Positions 1 through 9,613 of a DNA stretch of 64,000 nt are shown here, piece after piece; positions within the stretch are counted from its first letter, which is position 1, and each line of letters starts with the position of its first letter. The position numbers and the translations under genes were made by a program. The DNA comes from Methanobacteriota archaeon (GTDB lineage Archaea; JAADCQ01; Methanopyri; Methanopyrales; Methanopyraceae): assembly GCA_027064425.1 (NCBI GenBank), contig JAMOPO010000027.1, positions 1-64,000 on the forward strand, read 5' to 3'. The notes beneath the pieces are model-generated. The model did no database searches and was not told the origin of the DNA. It worked only from the letters and a program-made list of their open reading frames with translations.

Positions 1-1520
1 AGGGCAGGGTAGAGATCTGCGGGATCGAGCTGACGCCGGACGCGCCGAAGTCCAGGTTCACCGAGGTGAGGAAGGTCACCGCGATCCACCCGCAGCGAGA
101 GTTCGGTCTGTGGCCTGAAACCGCGGCGGAGAACGTGATGCGGAAGCTGTACTGGAAGCGATCGGGCGTGGAGGAGTTACCGCCCGAGGATACGTCGGAC
201 TACGAGGAGCTGTACGAGGAGGCGCTGGAGTACCTGCGGATCGTGGGGCTGGAGCACAAGGCTGACCACTACGCCCCGGTGCTCTCGGGCGGTGAGAAGC
301 AGCGGCTCCTGCTCGCGAGGCAGCTGGCCAAGGATCCGGAGGTTCTACTCCTGGACGAGCCCGCGGCCATGGCCTGCCCGGGCACGAAGCAGCAGCTGCT
401 GGACGCGATCAAGCGGGCGAACGAGGAGAAAGGGCTGACCGTGATCGTCGTCTCGCACCTGACGGAGGTCATCGAGTACCTGTGCGATTCGGCGACGCTG
501 ATCGAGGATGGGAGGGACGTCCTGCGCGGTTCGCCGAGAGAGGCCGTGGAGCGGCTGACGCGCGGGATGCCCGAGCCGGCGCCGAAGCCGGAGCCGGAGG
601 ACGAGGTCGTCCTGCGAGTCTCCGACCTTGAGAAGCGGTACCAGCTGCTGCGCTGCGGTGAGACCCTGCACATGCGGGACGTGAACCTGGAGGTGCGGCG
701 GGGCGAGGTGCTGGCGGTGGTCGGTCCGAGCGGGGCCGGTAAGACGGTGCTGCTGCGCATGATCGCGGGGGTGGAGCTGCCCGACGACGGGGACATCGAG
801 GTGCTGATCGACGGCGACTGGGTGAGCATGACGGACCTCGGTTACGGCCGGATGAAGGCGCGGCGACGGATCGGGATCGTGCATCAGGAGTTCGGGTACG
901 TGCACCACGCCACGGTCCGGGACCTGCTCGCCGGTCGGCTCGGCGTTAAGAGCGCGAGCGTGCTGGAGCGGGCGCGGGAGCGGGCCAAGGAGCTTGGGAT
1001 CAGTGAAAAGGTGCTGGACGTGCTCTACGCGCTGACGGACCTGCCGCGGGAGGAGGCGGAGGCGCGGCTGGAGGAGCTGGACCTAAGCCCGGAGGTGCTG
1101 GACGAGCTCTTCCCGAAGCTGCCGGCGGAGGAGGTCGAGAAGTTCGCCAAGCCGGTGTTCAAGGCCTTCGACCTGCCCATGGAGGTTCTGGACATGAAGT
1201 TCGGCGAGCTGTCTGGCGGCCAGAAGGTCCGGGTGGCCATCGCGCTGGAGCTGGCCACCGAGCCCGAGATCCTGCTCCTCGACGAGCCGTTCGGGGACCT
1301 GGACCCGGTCACGCTGCGCAGCGTGACGAACTCGCTGAAGCGGTTCGTCAAGGAGCGCGGGATCACGACGATCCTGGTGAGCCACGACGTCCGGTTCGTG
1401 GAGGAGACGGCCACGAGGGCCATCCTGCTGGACGACGGGAAGATCGTGATGGAAGGGGAGCCGGAGGAAGTGTGCCGGGAGTTCGTGGAGCGCAGCGAGG
1501 CGAGGTTCCTTCAGACGTAG
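1..1520 (+). CDS. ABC-type ATPase, methyl-coenzyme M reductase system component A2 (AtwA)-like paralog; 5' truncated by window
   Basis: Frame open from position 3; two ABC domains (LSGGEKQR...LLLDEP; GPSGAGKT, LSGGQKVR, LLLDEPFGDLDP); no TM segments. Confidence 0.8.
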   Translation, partial: GRVEICGIELTPDAPKSRFTEVRKVTAIHPQREFGLWPETAAENVMRKLYWKRSGVEELPPEDTSDYEELYEEALEYLRIVGLEHKADHYAPVLSGGEKQRLLLARQLAKDPEVLLLDEPAAMACPGTKQQLLDAIKRANEEKGLTVIVVSHLTEVIEYLCDSATLIEDGRDVLRGSPREAVERLTRGMPEPAPKPEPEDEVVLRVSDLEKRYQLLRCGETLHMRDVNLEVRRGEVLAVVGPSGAGKTVLLRMIAGVELPDDGDIEVLIDGDWVSMTDLGYGRMKARRRIGIVHQEFGYVHHATVRDLLAGRLGVKSASVLERARERAKELGISEKVLDVLYALTDLPREEAEARLEELDLSPEVLDELFPKLPAEEVEKFAKPVFKAFDLPMEVLDMKFGELSGGQKVRVAIALELATEPEILLLDEPFGDLDPVTLRSVTNSLKRFVKERGITTILVSHDVRFVEETATRAILLDDGKIVMEGEPEEVCREFVERSEARFLQT

Positions 1521-1578
1521 CGGGTCGGTCGGGCCCCTCCCCTCATCGATCGGCTCTGCGGGACTTCGTCATCCCCGC
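1520..1578 (-). ncRNA. C/D-box sRNA candidate
   Basis: Minus strand: ATGACGA (C) - AGTCCCGCAGAG - CCGA (D') - ATGAGGG (C') - GAGGGGCCCGA - CCGA (D), closed by a CGGG/CCCG stem; TATA-like ATTATAG ~25 nt upstream. Confidence 0.7.
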
Positions 1579-1608
1579 CCGACGACGGGTTCGACGCCTA
1601 TAATCTCA

Positions 1609-1668
1609 GGGGTCAGTCCCGGGTTCTCTCCTCATCCGACCTCGGCTTGGCCGAGCCTCTTCATCCGG
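1609..1668 (-). ncRNA. C/D-box sRNA candidate overlapping the ABCE1 stop codon
   Basis: Minus strand: ATGAAGA - GGCTCGGCCAAG - CCGA - ATGAGGA - GAGAACCCGGGA - CTGA; two 12-nt guides. Confidence 0.75.
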
Positions 1669-3463
1669 ACTCGTAGAAGTACTCGCCCCGCCTCTTCTGC
1701 TCGCGGTCCCGGTGACTACCCGGCTTGTTGGCCCTGGGGCGTCGCGTCTCCGGATCGCGTCGGTACGTGACGTCCAGCTCGGACAGGAACCTGTTCATGG
1801 CTTTACGCTTACCCTCCGGCGGGTTCGCTCGACCCTCCCGCCCCGGCTCACCGTCGAAGACCATCATCCGGTCGCTGATGTAGTCCAGGAGCAGCAGGTC
1901 GTGGTCCACCACGATCGCTGCCGCCTTCCGAGCCTCGATCACCCGTCGGATCACCCGGGCCACGTTGATCCGCTCCTCCACGTCCAGGTAGGCGCTGGGC
2001 TCGTCGAGCAGGTACAGGTCCGCGTCCCGGGACAGCGCCGCCGCCACGGCCACCCGCTGCAGCTCGCCGCCGCTGAGCTCGTTGAGCGGTCGGTCCAGCA
2101 GGTACTCCAGATCGAGCGGTTCCAGGATGTTGGACCGGTACCAGCTCGAGCCCCACTCGTCCCCGGCCGCTCGCTTCAGAACGACCTGCACGGGCTCCTC
2201 GGAGTCCACCTCCAGGTACTGAGGCTTGTACGACACCTTGACGTCCACGTCCAGCTCGCCCTCCGTCGGCTCCAACACCCCGGCCAGCAGCTTGACGAAG
2301 GTGGTCTTACCGATCGCGTTGGGGCCCAGCGCGCCCACGATCTCACCCTCACGGATCTCTCCGGGCTCGACGATCAGCCGGAACTCCCCGTCGTACTCCT
2401 TCACCAGCCGCCCGTACTCCACCAGCGTCTCTCGCTCGCCCGCCTCCGCGTCCGCCGGCTTCTCGGGCAGGACCACCTCCTCGTCCCGGAACTTGACGTT
2501 CTCCGCCTCCAGGTACCCCTTCAGGTACGCGTTGATGCCCTTGCCGACCCCCATCGGCTTGGAGACGATACCGTAGGCACCGCGCTTGCCGTAGAGCACG
2601 TGGACGACGTCCGCGATGTAGTCCAGCGTCGCCAGGTCGTGCTCGATCACGAGCATGGGGATCTCCCGCTCCTCCACGATATCTCGCAGGAGCCTCGCCA
2701 GCGTGAGCCGCTCCCGCACGTCCAGGTAGCTGCACGGTTCATCCAGCACGACGAAGTCCGCCTCCCGGGACAGGGCCGCGATGATCGCCACGCGCTGCAG
2801 CTCGCCGCCGCTCAGGTCCGAGACGTCCTTGTTCAACGCCCCGTCCAGCCCCAGCCGCTGCGCGAGCTCGTCCGCGACACCGAGCTCGTCCACGTCTTCG
2901 AGAACCTCCCGGACCCTCCCCTTTACCACCTTGGGGAGGGCCTCGACGTACTGCGGCTTGAGGACGGCGCGGAGCTCGCCGTCCGCGAGCCGGCGGAAGT
3001 GCTCCTGCAGCTCGGTGCCGGAGAACGCCTGAATGACGTCGTCCCAGTCGGGGTCGGCCTCCGGATCGCCGAGGTTGGGCTTGAGCTCGCCCGTGAGGAT
3101 CTTGGCGGACGTTGTCTTGCCGATCGCGTTCCGACCGACGAGCCCCGTCACCTTGCCCGGCTTGGGCACGGGCAGCCGGTACAGCCGGAAGCCGCCCTCT
3201 TCGTACCGGTGCACGCACTCCTCCTCCAGCTCCTCCGGGAGTCGGACGATCTTGATGGCGTCGAACGGACACTTCTGCGCGCAGATGCCGCAGCCGCTGC
3301 AGAGCTCCTCGGAGATCACCGGCTTGCCCGAGTCCTCGCCGATCTGGATGGTCTCCTTGCCCGTTTTAACGCCCGGGCAGTACCGCTGGCAGACGTAGTC
3401 GCACTTCGACCCTCCCTTGCACCGCTCGCGGTCAACGATCGCGACCCTATCGATGGCGACCAC
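1661..3463 (-). CDS. rli: Ribosome recycling factor ABCE1/RLI
   Basis: N-terminal Fe-S domain (CKGGSKCDYVCQRYCP; CSGCGICAQKCP) plus two ABC domains; C-terminal RRDPETRRPRANK. Confidence 0.97.
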   Translation of the reverse strand: MVAIDRVAIVDRERCKGGSKCDYVCQRYCPGVKTGKETIQIGEDSGKPVISEELCSGCGICAQKCPFDAIKIVRLPEELEEECVHRYEEGGFRLYRLPVPKPGKVTGLVGRNAIGKTTSAKILTGELKPNLGDPEADPDWDDVIQAFSGTELQEHFRRLADGELRAVLKPQYVEALPKVVKGRVREVLEDVDELGVADELAQRLGLDGALNKDVSDLSGGELQRVAIIAALSREADFVVLDEPCSYLDVRERLTLARLLRDIVEEREIPMLVIEHDLATLDYIADVVHVLYGKRGAYGIVSKPMGVGKGINAYLKGYLEAENVKFRDEEVVLPEKPADAEAGERETLVEYGRLVKEYDGEFRLIVEPGEIREGEIVGALGPNAIGKTTFVKLLAGVLEPTEGELDVDVKVSYKPQYLEVDSEEPVQVVLKRAAGDEWGSSWYRSNILEPLDLEYLLDRPLNELSGGELQRVAVAAALSRDADLYLLDEPSAYLDVEERINVARVIRRVIEARKAAAIVVDHDLLLLDYISDRMMVFDGEPGREGRANPPEGKRKAMNRFLSELDVTYRRDPETRRPRANKPGSHRDREQKRRGEYFYESG

Positions 3464-3466
3464 CCC

Positions 3467-3733
3467 CTACGTGGGGTAGTTGTAGAAGTACGTCCACGCC
3501 AGGAGCCAGGCCGCGAGGTACGCGCCCAGGCCGTAGGCCAGCCAGCCCTTAGCACCACCGATCCGCTCGGGCTCCAGCCTCATCTCCAGGACTCGGCCCA
3601 GCAGGAACGGCAGCGCGAGGAGCAGCACTCCGAGGATCGCGCCACCGTGAGTGGCCATCAGGTACCCCGCCAGGACCCCGAGGCCCTCGTGCAGCAGGGC
3701 CATCGCCAGCTTGTACTCGGGTTCCCCGCTCAA
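3467..3733 (-). CDS. Small membrane protein, EMC6-like (archaeal)
   Basis: TTG start after GGGGAGGG; 88 aa with three hydrophobic helices ending WLLAWTYFYN; 3 bp upstream of ABCE1. Confidence 0.65.
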   Translation of the reverse strand: MSGEPEYKLAMALLHEGLGVLAGYLMATHGGAILGVLLLALPFLLGRVLEMRLEPERIGGAKGWLAYGLGAYLAAWLLAWTYFYNYPT

Positions 3734-3844
3734 GCTCTCGCCCTCCCCGCAGGCCACTTCCGGCGGGCGCGTCGCCGGTACCGATTTCTTTTTTGCCGTG
3801 AGGTGAGACCGGTGGCTCCGGAGCCCGCGGCAGGGGGTCGTGAG

Positions 3845-5026
3845 TTGAAGGTTTTCGAGCAGCCCGTGGAGGAGATCATGACGCCCGCCGACGAGGTCAT
3901 CACGGCGGACCCGGACGAGCCGGTCTCGAAGATCTTCTCGAAGATGGAGCGGCACGGCGTGAAGGAGATCCCGCTCGTTCGGGACGGCGAGGTGGTGGGG
4001 ATCGTCTCGTACTACGACGTGGTCGACGCGCACGTCGTGGCGGACCCCTCCTCGGTTAAATCGGAAACGGTGAGAATCAAACCGGAAACGATCACCCCGG
4101 ACACGCTCATCGTCGAGGCGATCACGGAGATGCTGGACTCGGGCCTCCGCGCGCTCCCCGTGGTCGAGGACGGCGAGTTCGTGGGTCTGGTCACCGAGTA
4201 CGATATTCTCGACGTGGCGCGCGAGTCGGACAAGCTGGCCGAGATCGACGCGCGCGAGGTCATGAGCTCTCCACCGATCACGATCCACGAGGACGAGACG
4301 ATCGCAAAGGCTCGGGCGCTGATGCGCGACCATGGCGTGAGCCGGCTTCCCGTGGTCGACGATGAGAGCAGGCTGCGCGGCATCGTGACCACCACGGACA
4401 TCATCCGGGAGGTGATCAAGCCGATCACGCGCCTGGGCAAGACGGACCGGAAGGGCGAGAAGGTGCCCGCCTTCGGGCACCCCGTGAAGAACATCATGAG
4501 CTCCCCGTGCATCCGGGCGGAGCCGGACGAGACCCTCGTCGACCTGTGCGAGAAGATCGTCGAGCACGGGATCCGCGGGATGCCGATCGTCAATCAGCTC
4601 GAGGAGCCCATCGGCGTCGTGACCCGCCGCGACATCCTGCAGAAGATCCCGGAGCTGATGCGCAAGCGGGGCGTGTTCGTCTCGCTCAAGGGCGTCGAGG
4701 ACGTGGACGACTTCACCCTGGTCGTCCTGCGCAAGTCGATCGCGACGGCGATCCAGAAGCTCGCCTCGATGCGCCCGAGCATCGAGGCGGCGGAGGTGCA
4801 CATCAAGCGGTACCACGAGGAGGGTAACCGGCACAAGTACTCGGTCCGCATCCACGTGAAGGACGCCCGGAACGTGATCTCGGTCAAGGCGCACGACTGG
4901 GACCTCATCACCGCGCTGAAGAAGGCCATCCGGCACCTAATGCGCGAGACGCTCGGCGAGGAGGAGAAGGAGGAGACCGTCCAGCGGAAGGAGGCGCTGA
5001 AGGCCAAGCTGCAGCGGGGGGACTAG
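3845..5026 (+). CDS. CBS-domain protein (4 CBS repeats) with C-terminal HPF/RaiA-like domain
   Basis: TTG start after GGGGGT; CBS motifs (EIPLV..GIVSYYDV, ALPVV..GLVTEYDI, RLPVV..GIVTTTDI, GMPIV..GVVTRRDI); C-terminal beta-alpha-beta-beta-beta-alpha pattern. Confidence 0.85.
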   Translation: MKVFEQPVEEIMTPADEVITADPDEPVSKIFSKMERHGVKEIPLVRDGEVVGIVSYYDVVDAHVVADPSSVKSETVRIKPETITPDTLIVEAITEMLDSGLRALPVVEDGEFVGLVTEYDILDVARESDKLAEIDAREVMSSPPITIHEDETIAKARALMRDHGVSRLPVVDDESRLRGIVTTTDIIREVIKPITRLGKTDRKGEKVPAFGHPVKNIMSSPCIRAEPDETLVDLCEKIVEHGIRGMPIVNQLEEPIGVVTRRDILQKIPELMRKRGVFVSLKGVEDVDDFTLVVLRKSIATAIQKLASMRPSIEAAEVHIKRYHEEGNRHKYSVRIHVKDARNVISVKAHDWDLITALKKAIRHLMRETLGEEEKEETVQRKEALKAKLQRGD

Positions 5027-5046
5027 CTCCCTCCCCCTCCCTCCTT
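5027..5046 (+). terminator. Pyrimidine-rich tract, possible terminator
   Basis: CTCCCTCCCCCTCCCTCCTT immediately after the stop codon. Confidence 0.35.
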
Positions 5047-5077
5047 AGAGCTCAGGGCGCGCGAGGGGTCGCACCGG

Positions 5078-7093
5078 GTGCAGGCCTGGGCCAAGGACGC
5101 GATGACCTCCTTCGACGTCCGGGCCACCGCCCGCGAGCTCGACTCCTTCCTTGAGGGCGCCCTCATCGACAAGGTCTACCAGGTGGACGAGGGCGAGCTC
5201 AAGATCAAGATCCACGTTCCCGGGCTCGGCTCGCACTATCTGGCCGTTGAGCCTGGCCGTCGGGTGCACCTGACCTGGCGCCCGAAGCCCAGCCCCGAGC
5301 GCCCCTCCACCGTCTCCCAGGCCCTGCGGAAGGTCCTCAGCGGGGACCGGATCGAGTCCGTCTCCCAGGTCGGATTCGACCGCATCCTCCGGTTCGACCT
5401 CCGCTCCGGCAACCGGTTGTACGTCGAGCTCCTGCCGAAGGGCACCCTAGCCGTTGTCAACGAGGATGGCGTGATCGAGCAGGCCTTCCCCACCCGGCGC
5501 TTCCGGGACCGCGCGGTCGTCCCGGGCGAGGAGTACAGGACGCCCGAGAGCCCTCCCAACCCCTACGAGCTGGACGAGGATGCGCTCATGAAGCTGCTCC
5601 TCGAGTCCGAGCGGGACGTGGTCCGAACCCTAGCCGTCGAGGTGGGGCTGGGCGGTCTCTACGCTGAGGAGGTGCTCCTGCGGGCCGGTCTCTTCGAGGA
5701 TCGGGAGAAGCACGCGTCCGAGCTCGAGGAGGAGGACCTGCGGGAGCTGTACGAGACCCTGCGCGATTTGTTGGAGCAGATCTCGGAGGGGGACCTCCGA
5801 CCGACCCTTTACAAGGTGGAGGGTGGGTACGCGGACGCGACCCCCATCCCGCTGGAGCGCTACCGGGAAAAGGGCGTCGAGCTGGTGGAGAAGGAGACGT
5901 TCCAGCGGGCCCTGGACGAGTACTACGTGCGCGAGTTCCTGGCCCGGGAGGAGGAGAAGGCGAGGGAGGAGTGGGAGCGGGAGAGGAAGCGGCTCGAGCG
6001 CACGATTGAGCGGCAGCGTGAGAGCGTGAAGCAGCTGGAGGCGAAGGCCCGGCGGCTCCGGGAGCGCGCGAACGCGCTTTACATGAACTATCAGCTGGTT
6101 GACGGAATCCTCCGAGAGCTGCGGCGGGCGGAGGAAAAGGGGTACTCTTTGGAGGAGATCAAGCGGAGGATCATGGAGGCGAAGGGGTCCGGGATCGAGG
6201 AGGTCGAGCGGATCGTGGACGTGGATGTCGACAACCGGCGCGTGATCCTGAAGCTGGAGGGGGAGGACGGCGAGGTCACCGTCCCCGTGCCGCTGGACGA
6301 GGACGTGCACTCCGTCGCCTCCGAGATGTTCGACAGGGCGAAGGAGCTGGAGCGGAAGGCCGAGCGGGCGCGGGAGGTGCTCGAGGAGAAGGAGCGCGAG
6401 CTGGAGCGGCTGTTGGAGGAGGGGCCGCCCGAGGTCAAGCTGGAGGAGCTGACCGTCCAGCTGACGAAGCGGCGGAAAAAGGCGTGGTACGAGCGCTTCC
6501 GCTGGTTCATCTCCTCGGACGGGTTCGTCGTCATCGGCGGCTCGGACGCGCACACGAACGAGCTCATCCTCCGCCGTTATCTTGAGGACCGGGACATCCT
6601 GGTGCACGCGCACGTGCACGGTGCGCCGCACGTCGTGATTAAGACGGAGGGGAAGGAGGTGCCGGAGCGCACGCTGGAGGAGGCGGCCGTGTTCGCGGCC
6701 TCGTACTCGCGGGCGTGGAGGTGGGGCTTGAAGGCCGCGGACGTGTACTGGGTCCCGGCCGAGCAGGTGGACAAGTCGGCCGAGGCCCCGCACGGTGGAG
6801 CGATCATCCGCGGGGAGCGGAACTGGTTCCGGCGCGTGGAGCTGGAGGTGGCCGTCGGTATCCAGGAGGTCGAGGGTGGCTACCGGGTGATGGGTGGGCC
6901 CGTGTCCGCGGTGAAGGAGCACTGCTTAACCTACGGCGTTCTGGTCCCCGGAGAGGAGAAGAAGTCGAGCGTGGCCAAGCGCCTGTTCGAGGCGTTCAAG
7001 GAGGAGGTGGAGAACCTGCGGCGCTACGTGACCGTGGACGACATCATGCGGGCGATGCCGCCGGGTAAGGCCCGGCTGGTAAAGACGTGCTAA
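5078..7093 (+). CDS. rqcH: Ribosome quality-control factor Rqc2/NEMF/RqcH homolog
   Basis: NFACT-N (MTSFDV, FDRILRF), coiled coil, NFACT-R (WYERFRWFISSDG...HAHVHGAPHV), C-terminal DDIMRAMPPG. Confidence 0.93.
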   Translation: MQAWAKDAMTSFDVRATARELDSFLEGALIDKVYQVDEGELKIKIHVPGLGSHYLAVEPGRRVHLTWRPKPSPERPSTVSQALRKVLSGDRIESVSQVGFDRILRFDLRSGNRLYVELLPKGTLAVVNEDGVIEQAFPTRRFRDRAVVPGEEYRTPESPPNPYELDEDALMKLLLESERDVVRTLAVEVGLGGLYAEEVLLRAGLFEDREKHASELEEEDLRELYETLRDLLEQISEGDLRPTLYKVEGGYADATPIPLERYREKGVELVEKETFQRALDEYYVREFLAREEEKAREEWERERKRLERTIERQRESVKQLEAKARRLRERANALYMNYQLVDGILRELRRAEEKGYSLEEIKRRIMEAKGSGIEEVERIVDVDVDNRRVILKLEGEDGEVTVPVPLDEDVHSVASEMFDRAKELERKAERAREVLEEKERELERLLEEGPPEVKLEELTVQLTKRRKKAWYERFRWFISSDGFVVIGGSDAHTNELILRRYLEDRDILVHAHVHGAPHVVIKTEGKEVPERTLEEAAVFAASYSRAWRWGLKAADVYWVPAEQVDKSAEAPHGGAIIRGERNWFRRVELEVAVGIQEVEGGYRVMGGPVSAVKEHCLTYGVLVPGEEKKSSVAKRLFEAFKEEVENLRRYVTVDDIMRAMPPGKARLVKTC

Positions 7094-7689
7094 TTCCGCG
7101 CCTCGAGCCGCCACTCGTCCTCGGTGCGCCGGGCCACGACCGCGCAGACGAAGTGGTCGAAGGAGGCGACCGGCTCGACCGACAGCGGGTCGTCGCCGGA
7201 CAGCACCACGTTCGGTTCGCGAGGGACGTCGGAGTACTCGCCGTAGACGGATAGCAGGTACCCCTCGCCGTCCCCCGGCTCAACCCGGACGAAGGTCACC
7301 TCATCCCTCGCCGCCTTGCCCAGCCACGCGCTCTCTCCGTCGGTGACCAGCGATATCCGCGGCGTCCCGTACTCGTCGTGCTCGTAGTCCATCGCGAAGG
7401 TAACGGAGATCAGGGCCTCGCGCGGGGGCACGCCGTCCTCCAGCTTATCGGCGATAGGGACCGTCTGCGCCCCGTTCGTCAGGACCAGGTGATCATCCAC
7501 CACCCGGGCGCACGTGTAGGCGATGTACGGGTTTTCGATCACGTCCTCGGGGTCCTCGGGCACGATGTGAGCCGTGTCGCCCGACACCTTCGCCCTCCGA
7601 TCGGGAAAGCTGCGGCTGCAGACCCCGTACACCGCGACCGACTCTCCCTCCTCCGTCCGACCGAAGAGCAGGAACCGGCCTACGTACAC
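7090..7689 (-). CDS. purO: IMP cyclohydrolase (archaeal)
   Basis: MYVGRF...SRSFPDR...NPYIAYTC...NGAQT...DYEHDEYGTPRI. Confidence 0.92.
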   Translation of the reverse strand: MYVGRFLLFGRTEEGESVAVYGVCSRSFPDRRAKVSGDTAHIVPEDPEDVIENPYIAYTCARVVDDHLVLTNGAQTVPIADKLEDGVPPREALISVTFAMDYEHDEYGTPRISLVTDGESAWLGKAARDEVTFVRVEPGDGEGYLLSVYGEYSDVPREPNVVLSGDDPLSVEPVASFDHFVCAVVARRTEDEWRLEARN

Positions 7690-7690
7690 C

Positions 7691-8239
7691 TCACTCACCC
7701 GCCGAGAGCTCGTTCCCGTGAGCGTCGACCGTGACGATGAGCGGGCCGAACTCGCTGACCTCCAGCACCCACATGGCCTCCGGGATGCCCAGGTCGAGCC
7801 AGTGGACGTCCCGAATCCGCTTAACGCGCTCCGCCAACAGCGCCGCGCACCCACCGGGGGCCGTCAGGTAAACAGCCCGACCCTCCATCAGCTCCGGAGC
7901 CTTAGCCCCCATCCCACCCTTGCCCACGATCACCCGCACGCCCGCCTCCAGCGCGTCCTCGAGGTACTTGGCCATGCGAGTGCTGGTGGTGGGGCCCACG
8001 ACGACGAGCTCGTAGTCGCCGTCCACCTCGCGGACGACGGGACCGGCGTGGAAGATCGCGGCGCCCTTCAGGTCGACGGGCGGCTCGCGCCCCTCCTCGA
8101 ACATGCGCTGGTGGGCCTTATCTCGGGCGGTGATCAGCGTCCCGTCCAAGTAAACGATGTCTCCGGCCTTCAATCCCAGCAGCTCGTCCGGGTCCTTTAC
8201 GGGGACGGTCAGCCGGTGCTTGCTCACGTCCTCGCTCAC
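7691..8239 (-). CDS. Fe-S fumarate hydratase, beta subunit
   Basis: TARDKAH, HAGPVV, GPTTSTRM, GKGGMG, LGIPEAMW; GTGA overlap with alpha subunit stop. Confidence 0.92.
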   Translation of the reverse strand: MSEDVSKHRLTVPVKDPDELLGLKAGDIVYLDGTLITARDKAHQRMFEEGREPPVDLKGAAIFHAGPVVREVDGDYELVVVGPTTSTRMAKYLEDALEAGVRVIVGKGGMGAKAPELMEGRAVYLTAPGGCAALLAERVKRIRDVHWLDLGIPEAMWVLEVSEFGPLIVTVDAHGNELSAGE

Positions 8240-9159
8240 TCGACCTCGCCCCTCGGGTAATCGTCCTGGACGATCTCGTAGAACCCGTCCGGGTAGATGA
8301 TGGCCGTGGCCCGCCGGTTCGCCCAGCACTGGATGTTGACCGCTACGGGCAGGCCGGCCGTGTGAGTGTACGCCATCTCGATGTTCACGGCCAGCGCGGT
8401 CGTGTCACCTCCGAGCCCCATGGGACCTATCCCCAGCTCGTTCACGGCCTCGAGGAGCCGGTCCTCCAGGTCGGCGAGCGCGGGGTCAGGGTTGCGGACG
8501 TTGAGCGGTCGAAAGAGCGCGAGCTTGGCGAGGAACGCCGCCTCCTCGATGGTGCCGCCGACGCCTACCCCGAGCACGATGGGCGGGCACGGCATTCCGC
8601 CGGCCTTCTTCACGGTCTCGAGGACGAAGTCCCAGATCCCGTCGAGGCCCTCGGTGGGCAGGAGCCGGGTCACCGCGCTGGAGTTCTCCGAGCCGAACCC
8701 CTTCGGCATGAAGTGCAGTCGGAGCTCCTCGCCCTTCGTCGGGACGAACCGGATCACGGGAGCCCGGCGACCGGTGTTGTCGCCGGTGTTCTCCCGGGTG
8801 ATGGGGTGGACTACGTTGGGCCGCAGCGGGACCTCCTTCGTGGCGCGCTGGACGCCCCGCTTGACTCCCTCTTGGATGGTCTCGGCGAGCCGGATCGGGA
8901 AGCGGCGCCCGACCTCGGCGATCACCGTGATCAGCCCCGTGTCCTGGCACATCGGGAGGCCCTTCTCCTCCGCGATCCTGACGTTCTCGAGGATGGCGTC
9001 GAGGATCATTCGGGCCCGCTCGTTGCTCTCGCTCTCGCGGGCGCTCTCCAGCGACTCCTTCACGTCGTCCGGGAGCCTCGTCTCAGCCACCTTGAGCGCC
9101 TTGACGGTGGCCTCGGCGATGCTCTCGACGAGCTCCTCTTCCGCCTCCTCTTCCGCCAC
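8236..9159 (-). CDS. Fe-S fumarate hydratase, alpha subunit
   Basis: PMCQDTG, KGFGSEN, GGMPCPP, GPMGLGG, NIQCWANR. Confidence 0.93.
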   Translation of the reverse strand: MAEEEAEEELVESIAEATVKALKVAETRLPDDVKESLESARESESNERARMILDAILENVRIAEEKGLPMCQDTGLITVIAEVGRRFPIRLAETIQEGVKRGVQRATKEVPLRPNVVHPITRENTGDNTGRRAPVIRFVPTKGEELRLHFMPKGFGSENSSAVTRLLPTEGLDGIWDFVLETVKKAGGMPCPPIVLGVGVGGTIEEAAFLAKLALFRPLNVRNPDPALADLEDRLLEAVNELGIGPMGLGGDTTALAVNIEMAYTHTAGLPVAVNIQCWANRRATAIIYPDGFYEIVQDDYPRGEVE

Positions 9160-9613
9160 CCCGACTCCCCCTCAGCCGGGCGAGGGTGCGCGCGGCCCGG
9201 TACCGGGACCATCGGACGCGGTCGGACACCCGGGCGATCGTGGCCGCATCGGGGACCGGGCAGGCCTCGACGCAGGGTGGCATCTCTCGGTCCGGGCAGT
9301 TGTCGCACTTGACGGCGCGGTCGTCTCGAAGAAAAATGCCGCCGACCGGACAGGCCTCGGCACACCGACCGCAGGCCGTGCACCGATCCGCGTCGACGTG
9401 CAAGACGTCGCCGGTGGGGACGATGGCGCCCCGGGGGCATGCCTCAGCGCAGGCGGCCCGATCCGGGTGGCAGTGGACGCACCGGACGGCGCGTCCCGCC
9501 TCGATGCGGACGGCGTCCTTGGGGCAGGCCTCGGCGCACAGGCCACACCCTACGCACTCGGGAAGGCCGACCCAGGACCTTACTTCTCGGCGAGTTTCTC
9601 GAGCTCTTCCCAC
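9083..9613 (-). CDS. Polyferredoxin (PorE/PorF-like 4Fe-4S protein); ends uncertain
   Basis: [16 protein letters not shown]...[23 protein letters not shown]...CVEACP; directly follows porB. Confidence 0.8.
   Translation of the reverse strand: MGRARETRREVRSWVGLPECVGCGLCAEACPKDAVRIEAGRAVRCVHCHPDRAACAEACPRGAIVPTGDVLHVDADRCTACGRCAEACPVGGIFLRDDRAVKCDNCPDREMPPCVEACPVPDAATIARVSDRVRWSRYRAARTLARLRGSRGGGRGGGRGARREHRRGHRQGAQGG

Noticed and set aside
1712-3844. N-terminal ~710 aa of the 1104-aa ORF 1712..5026
   Set aside because: Antisense shadow of ABCE1; the real CBS protein starts at TTG 3845.
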